In this document: positions 11,610-24,058 of the stretch, one piece after another
How the letters are laid out: every line of letters begins with the position of its first letter
Numbering within the stretch: position 1 is the stretch's first letter
Origin: Vicugna vicugna
Taxonomy: Eukaryota
DNA: 64,000 bases
Assembly (NCBI GenBank): GCA_013265495.1
Contig: MU058844.1
Coordinates: 9,630,184 to 9,694,183 of the forward strand
Direction of reading: 5' to 3'
Position numbers and translations under genes: made by a program
Notes under the pieces: generated by a model
What the model was told of the DNA's origin: nothing
The model's database searches: none
What the model saw: the letters and a program-made list of their open reading frames with translations, nothing else

Positions 11610-11960
11610 AGCGCAAAGGGTCAGTCAGTTGCCTCAGGTCCCAGAAAATTGGAAGCTAGGCATCCCCTTCTGGAGAGTTTGCGCTCCTGGCGTGAATTGT
11701 GTTCGTTTTCTTCTTCAGTCGATTCGGGCTCAGTGCGCGTCGGTAGCGCTCCAGGGCCGAAACTCGCAAACGCGGTCGCCGAAGCTTCGCCTCGGCTCCG
11801 GGCGGGGAAGACGCTGTCAGTCAGGGAGCTCTGTCCGGAACGGTAGCTCTCGGAGGTTAGGGTTGTCTTTGGTAAGGTGATCGCAAAACAAAGTTAGCGG
11901 AGAGCCGCGGGCGAGTGGAACTAAAGAAGCCAAGAAAACACAAGCGCCCGGGGGCTTAAT
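11610..11960. promoter_or_regulatory. Intergenic CpG island between MYF6 and MYF5
   Basis: About 350 bp with dense CpG (gcgcgtcggtagcgc, cgcggtcgccg, ccgcgggcg); no recognisable coding exon. Confidence 0.7.
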
Positions 11961-13482
11961 GGGACTTGCTAGGGGGGAACGGGGTCCAGGGTTGAGGACC
12001 CTTGGGACCCAAGTGCTGAAAATAGGATCTCAGAGCACCAAAGTTAAAAAACGAGACGACACTTTTAAACTCCTGACAGGGGTGAGAGGAGAAAGAGGTA
12101 AAAAAAAATGGGAGGCAGGAGACAAAGAAGGAAGCCAGCGCCTCAGAGATGTCTGGGCTCCCCGAATTCAGGATAGATTTCCCCTGCTCTTTTCCCAGGA
12201 GACACCGTACGAAGGGAAAATGGGGACCTAAGTGATTGAGACAGAGAAGAAAAAATTTTTGAGTGGGAGAATTGAACAGGGAAGTATGAAAAAATTTAAA
12301 ATTCACTTTTTAAAAAAGGTCTTTTACAGTGTTTGTCTAGGTGGCCTCTTTTAGTCAAAATCAGACAGGTGGCTTTTGTTCCTCTTAGGAAAGAATGAAA
12401 ATACAATCTGTTTTCCACTGTTTTTTCAGAGAAGTGGGTTTCTTCCATGAAGAGAAAACACAATTGTTTAATATGTAAACAGGTTGTTAGAAATGATATT
12501 CCAACAATGAGAGTCTGGTAAGAAAGCGTCGCAGTAGGCGGATCAGGGGAAGAAAGGTCAGCCTAGCCGGGTGTTATAAATGAATGACCACTAAGGTTCT
12601 GGTGGAATAGATTACGATAGTGTTTTTAATTTTTTTTACATTTTTCATTTTACATTCTGAAGAATAATAAACACATGCTTAATTTTCTTACAATTTAGAC
12701 TTATAAGCAGGTTCTAATGGCAAAGACCTTTAAGTAATCATCAGCCTTTTTTTATTTTTAAAAGAATCTATTTTAGTTCAAGCAGTTTGGCAACAATCCT
12801 AGTGTTGATGGACAGACCCCACCAGCAAAATGATGCTCAGAGCTTCCTTTTCTAGTGAAGTTTGCCCACTTTAGGAATTCTGCCTTACTGAAAATTCTCC
12901 AGGCTTCTCTTGACAAGAGAAACCAAATATATTTAGGCAGATAAGTTCATTTCAGTTCACTTCTGCCCCTACCTGAGACTCTTATCAATTCCTGGGATTG
13001 CTCTTGAAATTTTTGCTTATTATATTTGACTTGACAATGTGCTCAATAATTTCACACTGCTATTAGCTCTGGGAACCAGGCACACCTAAGTAAACACATT
13101 AGTACCTGCCAAAGCTGCTGGAAGAATTTGTGGAGAAGACAGCTGAGGAAGACATTGGCCTCTGCTTGAATTCGAAGACTCCCAGGAGAGATCAAAGGCC
13201 TAAGTAAGGTCCTTTAGCAGCCTTGAGAGTAGAGAAAGTAGCCAGTCCTTGCAGCATTATCTTTGTTCCAGCACTCAGCATAGGCATTCCATCTCCCAGG
13301 CTGCCTCTGAACTGGCTTGCAAAAATGGCTGTTTCAGAATGAAACGTCTGTGAAGGAGGCTTATCTTTTCTAACACTGCTTTTGACTTTAAGGGAGTGAG
13401 TGGAGGGGCCTGTTGGGCAAATATCTTCATGGCTTGGTTCTTTGAGGAAATACCATATTATGGCTAAGTTACCAATGCATTT

Positions 13483-13623
13483 TTTTATTGGTTTACAGTC
13501 AGGTCCAATGTGTCAATTTCTGGTGTACAGCTCAATGTCCCAGTCATGTGTATACATACACATATTCATTTTCATATTCTTTTTCAAAAAAGGTTATTAC
13601 AAAATACTGAATATAGTTTCCTA
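13483..13623 (-). mobile_element. 5'-truncated L1 3'-end fragment with 13-bp TSD
   Basis: Similar to the 3' end of the L1 at 48666 (caatgtgtc.atttctggtgt.cagc.caatgtcccagtcatg); flanked by TACCAATGCATTT at 13470-13482 and 13624-13636. Confidence 0.85.
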
Positions 13624-15966
13624 TACCAATGCATTTAATTAGGAAATGAGATATTCAAAGTTTAAAATGTTTAAAAAATTTTTTTCCAGATATGGTGTTG
13701 TTGGGAGGAAGAAGTCTTGAAATCAATAAATGGGATGAAATATTACTAAGAGAAAAGCACAGATGAGAAAAAGTCTATCTTTGAGTAAAAAAAAGTTTTA
13801 ATAAGGACAGAGGTCACTTTAGCAACCCAAGACTTCTCTACCAGTCTCAAGAGTGGTTAGGAACACTGAATTTCAGCACTACACCTCTAACCCCAAAACA
13901 CATAAAAGAGTCTGAAAAAAAAATGAGTCTGTTAGACATAAGTGGATTTCCACTATGTCCAGGCTTGAAACTCAGTGATCCAGGTGTGATGATTAACTTT
14001 GGTTTGCGAAAGCTGACATTTGACAATCTACAAATTACTTCTATAGTAACATAAAAGAAAGTCACATATTATTTTATATTTGATAACTTTATGCCTGCCT
14101 CTGGAAAGAGGCTCAGTTTAAATCTCAAATTGCTTATCTTTACCAAGTCATTAACATCTTGATTTTCTGCTCCCACAGCCCTGTTTGTATTGGCTTTAGC
14201 CTTAGTCAAGATTATCATCATCAATATCAAATAAAAACATTTTAATTGCAAACACACCAAGGATTTCATTGGGAAGCCTAACCTGTCAGCTACAGCAGAG
14301 AAGGTCACATGAAGTCTTCGGGAAATATTTGCTCTATTTAATGAAGAGTCTTCTATAGGCAAACTTACTCCAAACAATTTCTCAAGTTACTCAGCTAAAA
14401 GAGATAGAGAGGATTTCGTTTGCAAAGACTGAATAAAATCTATCAGCAAGTAAAATCCATGAAATGATAAAAGCATTCTGCTGCTGAGCAGTTTATAACA
14501 CAAATCTTATTATAGATACATGTGCAATTATGAAGTAAAGGTCAGTTGTGATATCTAATTTCAGTTGTGACATGAATCTCATTTTTGAAAATATAGGTGA
14601 GTGTGTGTATATCACACACACACACATATATATATATACACGTCTTAGGGAAAATCATTATTGAGTCTCAGAAAAAAATATAAATATGTATAAGCATAAT
14701 TAATGGGTCTGCACACCATCGAGACATTTTAATTCACACGTGTTCTGATTGGATCATGGAAATGCTTTACCACTTACCTTTTAATTAAATGACTTATAAT
14801 TTGGAGTTTACTGGCTAATCACTCTTGAGAAAGAGCTTTTGAGAAACAGTTGTCAAAGAAAGCTAAGTTATTCTGCAAACCACAAATGTTACTTACTTCC
14901 TAAGTTTTCTCTTTCAGGATGCATGTAAGCAATTCAGAGAGCAAGCTTGAAGCCATTGATGTTGACTTGGCTCCAAGTCTATACTTAAAAATGCAAGAAT
15001 CTCTCTGTTCCAAAGGATCCTTTTCTCATAAGTAACAAGGGAACCTCTCTCACAGGTCTTTGTAGGATTATATGAGTTAATAGGTAAAGTGTTAAGAATG
15101 ACTCACTCATATTGCTGCTCATCTCTCATCGTTATTAATACTTTCCCAGCCAGAGCCCACAAAAAAAGCTAGAAAACCAAGTCTGAAGGAACTGTGGCTT
15201 TTGGTAAAAGAAAAGACTCTTGATGGTCAATTTAGATTCACTAATGAAAAAGAAAAACAGCCGATGACATTTAGTGTTTATTTTGTGACCTGTTTTGGTT
15301 AAGCATTTATCTCAGTGACTGTTCACATTCCCAGGAGTTAAGCACTCTGATCATCATCCCCTTTATTTTATAAATGAGGAAACAGGATGAAAAGAGGGAC
15401 AGCGATAGCCCCACATTTATGTGGTAGCAACCAGGATTCAATCCAGTTAGCATCACAGAGGTTAAGCAGTTTGCATCCACTGACACTCCCACCTGCTTCT
15501 CTTATAATTTTGAGGGGGATTGTATGTCAATGTCAGTTTCCTCTTTGAAGCTTTCTGCATTTTAAGAGTATTTTAGGAGAAACTGGAATTATCCACACGC
15601 TTAGAAAATTGAGTAACTATGATCCCCCGGAAGAGGCCTTTGGAAAATGGTAAAGGGACCAGATACTGCTCCACACCTGCAGGGGGCGCCGTCCGTGGGG
15701 GCAGCTGGAGCTGCCCTGGTGGGCAGCAAGGTCCAGACTGCCCCATTGGGAAGCAAGATTGGGCTGGGAAATGCTGAATTAGATTTGATTTTCACTTTTC
15801 TGAACTGAGGACTAGCTGTCAGGAAAAAGAGGGCAGGAAGCAGTTGAGGATGGGCGCGGGTGGGGGTGGGTGTTGTGAAGGTGCGGTTTACAGAATGTAA
15901 GAGAGAAGTAGCAATTCCAGAGAAATGGCTTGCCCCTCTCCTCTGCTTCACTTCCCACTGCGATTC

Positions 15967-15975
15967 TTGGTGGTC
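15967..15975 (-). promoter_or_regulatory. Variant Gli site GACCACCAA of the Myf5 early epaxial somite enhancer
   Basis: + strand ttggtggtc, about 6.8 kb upstream of the MYF5 TSS and just 3' of MYF6, where the Shh-responsive epaxial enhancer lies in mouse; TCF/LEF-like CTTTGAA at 15543-15549. Confidence 0.75.
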
Positions 15976-16417
15976 TTTTCTTCCTGAGGTTACAGGATAA
16001 ACAAACCTGGCACACGTTGTAAAAGCCTCACCGCGAGGAGCTCCCGGGGCTTCGAGCCTCTCTGGGGCTTTGCTGTTTGGTCCAACTAAGAGGTTTCATG
16101 TGTGTTGTTACTGTCTTTTGCCCTCAGTCTTTTAACCCTTCCCTCTCTTGAAGCGACCTTCCCTCCAGAGATGCCTGTCTCACCCCGTGAGACAGATCGT
16201 CCCCTTCTTTTATCTTTCTATTTGGAAAACAAACCCAAAGTACAAGAGGCCTTGAGGATATTCCAGTCTAGTTCAAGAAAACCAGGGAGGGGGCCACAGA
16301 CCTGGCTCAGAGGCCAGTGCAGCCCCGGGTACTCGAGGTAGATGAATACTACCCCACGAAGGGCCGGGCCTGGAACGTCAAAGAGGGAAAGTAATTCGGG
16401 CTAAATTAGCTGAAGCT

Positions 16418-16463
16418 CTTTTCTTTTCTTTTCTTTTCTTTTCTTTTCTTTTCTTTTCTTTTC

Positions 16464-16494
<31 letters not shown>

Positions 16495-16517
16495 CTTTTC
16501 TTTTCTTTTCTTTTCTT
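16418..16517. repeat. (CTTTT)n pentanucleotide microsatellite, about 100 bp
   Basis: Direct reading; one phase shift near 16470. Confidence 0.97.
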
Positions 16518-16913
16518 ATAAATAAGCAGAGTTTTTGTATGGTAATTTCTTGCAACAATGAGATTTTACTGGCTTAGACAGTCAGTTGTTAACTTTGGGA
16601 TAGTAAATCTCACCCAGCTCTCCAGGTATATGAAAATTAAAACAGAAAGATAAAGGGATGCTGAGAAAAGGGAAAAGGACAGATTCCTTCTGGATATTCT
16701 TCACTTCTAACCACAGTGTGAGGGCTACATGAGACAGAAAAGTGCACAGTTTAATTCAGACACAGGAAAACAACCCATTTTCCTCCCTTTAAATCAGCCC
16801 ATAAGTAAACACTCAAATAAATGGGCTTGGGTGATGTCTAAATTAAAAGGTGGCTCACCTTTATTTATGCCCTCATGCATATTTTTTTCAGTTTGAATCA
16901 AATTAGGACCAAT

Positions 16914-16919
16914 TTTATT
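16914..16919 (-). terminator. Candidate MYF6 polyadenylation signal AATAAA
   Basis: tttatt on + strand about 520 nt after the stop; a second AATAAA at 16860-16865. Confidence 0.6.
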
Positions 16920-17437
16920 CATATAGAAACTTATTTTTTTAATATTACAATACCAGGATCCTCGCACTTTTTATATACAATACGTCACTCCACATTTAAA
17001 ATATATTTCTTAGGTTTACATAAAAAAATGAAAGTACTAAGATTATTTACAAAAATACATTCAGTACCACTAACACTTGGATGCAACGTTCCCACTTTGC
17101 TTCAGACAGGAATGAACTTTTGACCATGGCACGAAAGGATCACCATAATAAAAGTAAATATATTATAAAACCAACCAAACAAAAACAGAGTAAGGCTGCT
17201 AGATTTAAGCCACTCGCGGTTCCCAAAATAAAAGCCCAAAGCCGAAAGGCTTTTTCATCTGAGCGTGCACAACAGTTTCCGAAGAGTTTCTTTGTGAATG
17301 TCTCCTTCCCTTTCCTAAACTCCTGGGTCTGGGTTCCTACATATTACTGTAATGTGACCTAATCTAAAGGATTAGGCGAAGGAGGGAGGGTGGCATCTTC
17401 CTGCAGCGCGGAGAACGGCCCAAGCACCGGCTCGGAG

Positions 17438-17644
<207 letters not shown>

Positions 17645-17779
17645 TCAGAGCGGGAGGACCCGTCCCCGCGCGCAAGGAGCGCCCGTCTCGCAGGGCGCGT
17701 CCCCGGCTCTGGCTCGTCTCCGGGCGCTTTCTACCCCCACTGAGCACCCCAGCCCCCTCCCGGGATGTTCTCCAGCTCA

Positions 17780-17920
<141 letters not shown>

Positions 17921-18146
17921 TTAGGAAAGAAACATAGGTTCCGGGGGTGAAGTGGGGGGCCCTTTGTGGGGGTGTCTTCCCTGTTTCCTCAGGCCGGTTA
18001 CGAATTTCCTGCCTGTTGCAGGCACCCCGTGTTTACGGGTCACTGGGGGTTCATTAGAGAGGGAGCGGGAGGGGCGGGCGAGCAAGGGGGACGGGAAAGG
18101 AGATCGAGCAGCTGGAAGTTAAGGCCCCAAGGAAGGCGTCTAATCA

Positions 18147-18749
<603 letters not shown>

Positions 18750-18771
18750 TCAAAAACCCAGAGGAACCACC

Positions 18772-18824
18772 CAGATGGCATTTAATTAGTGCGGTGACAT
18801 AAGTCGCCCCAGCTTTATATATAG
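18772..18824 (-). promoter_or_regulatory. MYF6 core promoter: overlapping MEF2/TATA element (CTATATATAAAG) and downstream E-box CATCTG
   Basis: Minus-strand CTATATATAA (18815-18824) fits MEF2 YTA(A/T)4TAR and contains TATATAAA; E-box at 18772-18777. This matches the known MRF4 promoter architecture. Confidence 0.88.
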
Positions 18825-21800
18825 TAGCTCCTGAAACTCAATCCAACTTTTAGCTGTCATGGAGCATCAGTCTCTCAATGTGATTACAGCCAGTGCTCTC
18901 TAGAATATCTAGTTTGAAAGAAAACTGAGAAGTGTCACCCCTAGAATGATGTGACAACCTATCCGCAAAGCAGGTTAAAACAAAACACACAGAGAGAATC
19001 CTGTAATTTATACAAAGCATCGAACACTTCAATTTGCGACAGTTCAGATGCTAACCTGCTTACGGGACAACTTCAAAACAACTGGGGATTAGCACTGCCC
19101 CATTCCCCTCCCCCAGGCTATCTGAATTCTAAGTATAGACCCATGATGAAAGATTTCAAAGGCAATAGCCATTGCTCCAAAATAGCTTGGTTAATATTTA
19201 CAGAGTGGTTCATCTCTTTTCTCTCTCCTGCCTACCAAAAAGATGCTATTCCTGTGATTAAAACCATTACAGTCCTTCAAAGGTTATACATGACTTTCAG
19301 GCTTCAGCCTCAATAGCAACAGGTAAATCTCTTTCCTCTCTTCTACTAAGACTGTCAGGACGATTTGGGAGCTGGAAGGGGTGGCTGGAGGGCGCTCAGA
19401 TTCCTCCCTTGGCTTTCTTTTCTTCTGGAGGGTGGCAACTAAGATCTGCATTCTGTGCCCCTCCATGATGGAGCAGTTAGTACCTAAAAGGTAAGGGGTG
19501 GGACTGAGAAAGGGGGATGCAGTACATGGAGTAACTTCTCTTTAAAAAGAGTTTTAGGGGAAACAAGGCTCACACCATAGCTGTTGGGTATTTCAGGGTT
19601 CAGCGTGGCACTCCAAAGTGCCTCTGTTACGGCTTCTATTCTGCCATTGTATGCTCATAGGATTCAGATGAGAAAGGTAGCAACCAAGACACAAACAAAG
19701 AGCATTTTTAATGGCAGCTTGCCTGTGGTTCAGTGCACACGAGTATGGTGGCTGGGGAGGCAGTACAAGAGGAGGATGGAGCTCAGGGCCCCTAAAGTCC
19801 AAAGAAGTCTGTTCAAGTCCCACTTAAATTAATTTCTATTTATGTGTGATAAATAATACTAGGTCTTGGTTTCTTCAAGATAATAGTGGTTGCCTTACAG
19901 GATTTTGGCGAGGATTTGATCAAATGATACCATGCATGTGAAGCATATAGACTTACATTAGCTGCTTGATGAACATTAGTTATTTAGAGTATAAGGAAGG
20001 ATCTGTCAAGGCTAAGATTATTTCTTACGAAGGAGATGAAGCACAACTGTTGCAGAGATTTATGTATTTTTCTCTTTAAAAAAAATGGTATTCCTTTCCT
20101 CTCCTTTCCCTCCCAGAGATCTGGAAGGACCCCTTCCACCTATAAGTTGCCTTTGGTGTGACCGTCAGCTTTGGTCTTGGCCTTTATGGTCAGTGCCTGA
20201 AAAACTAGTTGGAAACGTAAGATCTCATTCTGCCCCAAGCAGTGCAAATTATAGGCTGTGTTCAGTATGACTTCATTTTTTAATGAATAGACTGAGGACA
20301 ATGCAAGGACTCAATGGTCAGACAGTGTAGGACCTACTTACATTTTTGAATCAAGTCACTTACTCCAGAAGCTAGTTCTTCATAGTCTCTTTCTGTTGAG
20401 CCACACACTTGGGGTGGATGCTAAGTTTTGACATTTTGAGCTGTTTTTATGTTTTGCTTATTGTGCTGCTGAATAATTCCTTATCAAATTTGAGAACCAT
20501 TTTTAGGTTTTTGGAAAAGTAGGAGGCACAGGGATTAATAAACAGCCAATACTTTTGTGACATTTTCTCCTATTTCTGCTAGTTCCCTGGTTGCTAATAT
20601 CAGTGGTTAAGACTGCGTTTTGGAGGCTCTGAAAACTCAGGGAACAGTCTAACATCTATTATGGAAAATTACCCTCTGCTCTTAATCACATTCTATGCTG
20701 CACCTTATAATGTGAAGACAGTTTGAAAAATCATTTTTAATCAGTAAAAATATATAGCATTATTGCCAAGATTATTAAGAAAACAATACCTGAAATTCAT
20801 TTATTCAACATTTTTTGGGTACCTACTAAGTGCCAGATAGTGTCCTCAGTGCCGAGAATAAAGCAGTGAAAAATAATCTCTTTGCTTATGGAGTCTGAAT
20901 CTAGAAGGGTGAATGAAATTGACTAAGGGTTAAAAAAATTGGAGAAAAAGCACTGGAATTGGGGTGTGAAAGGTTTTGGGCTTGTGAGAATTTAGTCAAC
21001 CCTAATTTTTCAAATTCTTGGTTGTTTAACCCACAAAGTGTATAATGACAGAGACATCATACTCTCAAAGGTCATGATAAAGTTTTTTAAAATGTGAAAT
21101 CACTTTAAAAATGTTACATACTCTATAGGTATTTTTATTACTGGAATTAGATATATAGAAAAACTGAAATAAGAAGAATACCATTTCTCAGGAATTTTGT
21201 TGCGTGGGTGACAAGTAACATCTAAGGTGATACCATTCTTAGACTCACCGTTGATTTTAAGAGGTACCGGGTAGATATGAGTCTGTACATTATGAACCTG
21301 CTAAGGACTATGAAAGTGTACTCTTTCCCCTTTATTTTTCCCTTGTTTAAATGTTGTCACTGGAGAAACAGTGAGTTTAAAATGTAGACAGAGAAGATTC
21401 AAGAAGGAAGTAGAAAAGGCTTTGGCATGCTGAGGGAGAGCATCCTCCCAGACAAGGGAGTTTCACAAGTTTCTCTGTGTGAATCAGCCATCGCCACTGA
21501 ATTGTCATTTCCTATTAAGTTCCAAAGCCCCTTTTCACAACACTCACCAGAACTCAGGCCAAGAAAATCGGTGTTGCTATTTACCTTGTTCAGATTTTTG
21601 CCTCTTTTGTTGTTGTTTTTGAGGAGGGTAGGGAGGGGAAGAGAAAAAAAGGAAATGCCAGCTTGGGAAATAACCATTTTTTTATTAGATTAGGTAATGG
21701 GAAAATACACAATGATTCCAAACAACCAACTAGTGAGCTCTTGGAACTCAAACTGTTTACAAAATACGAGATGCCTGTAATTGCAATTACATTATTTCTC

Positions 21801-23949
21801 AGTACAACTTGGGAAACGGAGATCTTGACAAGTGGTCAAAACAGGTTTATCCTCCAAGCTTTAAATAGTTCAAGTACATATTTTTTTCAATTATGGAAAA
21901 GTAAGTAATAAGTGGCTAATAATATTAAGTATCAAGAAATCACATCAGGGGTCTAGAGTTCATTCATAACAAAATGTGAAACTAAGTTAGTGATGGAACT
22001 GAGAGTTTTCAAATAGTTCACCACCCCATTATTCTTACTTCATGCTTAATTATTTGTAGATGCATTTTCTTCCCATCATCTCCACGAAAGCTTGAATATG
22101 TCCAGTTCTTCTTCTCTGTGAAAACGAGTGGGAGGAAAAGAATTACAATTAGCTCAGTCAATGGTAGATTTTAGCGATGAGCCTTCAGGAAGGTGTTGTA
22201 GGTGGTAGAAAAACAGAGTTTTTGGAGTAAGCAACAATCTAAGTTCTAGCCATTCTTAATTATACATTCCAAGCTTCAGTTTTATAAGAGGTCAAATGGC
22301 ATATATAATACATACATCATAGGCTAGTTGTTAGCATAAAATATATGCCAGTGGAAAAATATATGTTGAGTCTATGTTCTAGAATATGCACCCAACAAAT
22401 TTTAATTTCCCTCCTTCTCCTACTCAGTTCTTAAGACCTCTGATTGAAATAACCAAATTAATTGAAATACCTTAAGACAGATGTTTAGGATAAATTTACG
22501 GATTCTTTTGTGTTAATGGTGTAACGGAAGTGAAAATATTAAAAGTAGTGACTCCAATTATAGTGTTTCATATATTTATGCCCTCAACAAATTTCCAGCA
22601 TACTAGGGACAGAGACTAATTGAAAAATCGCACAAATGACTACCTGAGCTAGAAACTTTGGAGGAAAAGAATGTGATTTTTTTTTGTTTTGCTTTGTTTT
22701 TTTAATGAATGTGTAACAATGAAGAGTCTGTCATGAACAGGAAGGTTGAGGAAGGATGGTTTGGGGACAGAAGTTCCTGGGATGTTGCATTGGTCTTTCT
22801 AGGGAGCAGGGTTGAAGCTTTTTAGCAAACTCGTGGATTGGGATGGAGGTGACAGTAGGAGGAAGCTCAGGGAAGACATAGACATGGATGAGGGTTAGTC
22901 AGAAACTGGTAAAGAGATTTTGGTGAGCTCTGTCTAAGGAATTTGGCTATGCTGTCACCTAGTTGCGTTCAAAGAAAGCAGTTTCATTTATAACAGAGAA
23001 AGTAGAACTGAGGGTCAGACAGAAAATGATTATATATATTCAGCAGTCAAAAACAGAAGAGAGAAAAAGGGGTAAAAGGAAATGGGGGTTGGGTGGGGAT
23101 GGGAAGGGGAGAAAAAGAATGAACAGAACTGAATCCAGTCTGCAGGGAGAAAAGGGACCCATTAGCAAGGCCAGGCAGCAGCCCTGAAGAATAGAGGATG
23201 AAGGAAGGGCCCGCTGACTGAAAGGGAAAATTCAGAAGAGGCAGATTAATGCTTCAAACTTGTGGCTGCTAAATGAGTAACATGAACCCGGGCACCTGTA
23301 ATTTACCTAATCTGCAGACAGTGTGTGCCCAGAGATTCCCGAACATCGTGGTAAAAATAGTTTGCACTTAGACTGACAGAACATTCGAGTCACTTCAGAG
23401 GACGTGGGGGAGGGGCACAAACCACACAGAGGAATAGGAAAGATTTTAAAGGTGAATCCTGTGCAGTTTCCAGACAGTGGTGGTCAGAAATTGTGCAGAG
23501 AAATGGGGCTGGATCTGGACTAGAGGAACTGCGGTGCAGCTGCCTTTTTAAAACAGCTCTGAAGAAGTATGTTTCAGACAAGCAGGGGAGGAGCCAGACA
23601 GGCTGCTCTTCAGATTTTTCAAGAAATATGTATTTTTATTTTTTGCTACCTGCCCCCCCCCATTCCCTTCCATTTGGGAACAGAACATGACTTCCACAAA
23701 AATCTGTGGTTAGTTTGTGTCCTAGACACAAAGTGCTACTGAAAGAGGCTGTCAGTCATTTATCCCGAAGGCACAATTTCCAGGGAAAGAGACAATAAAT
23801 GATCTGAGAAACACTCTTTCCTTGGTGCTTAAGAAATGAAGTTCTTTTTAGAATTCTGCGTTCTCCCTATTTTCATTCAGACATGAATTTGAGAGCAAAG
23901 TTTGTGAGACATTTGAATGTTTTCAGGTTAAATATTCCTTCCTTCCAGG

Positions 23950-24058
23950 TGGGTCACCAGCTGGCAAAGGTTTGCTTAGGACAAGGACCCAGGGGGTCCA
24001 ACTTTCAGCACTAAAACTGGGAAATTTCTGGGCAAATCAGAACAAGTTGGTCACCCTA
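23950..24058. mobile_element. hAT-Blackjack MITE (MER94-like)
   Basis: Ends gggtcacc...ggtcaccct with internal ctttcagcactaaaactggga. Confidence 0.7.
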
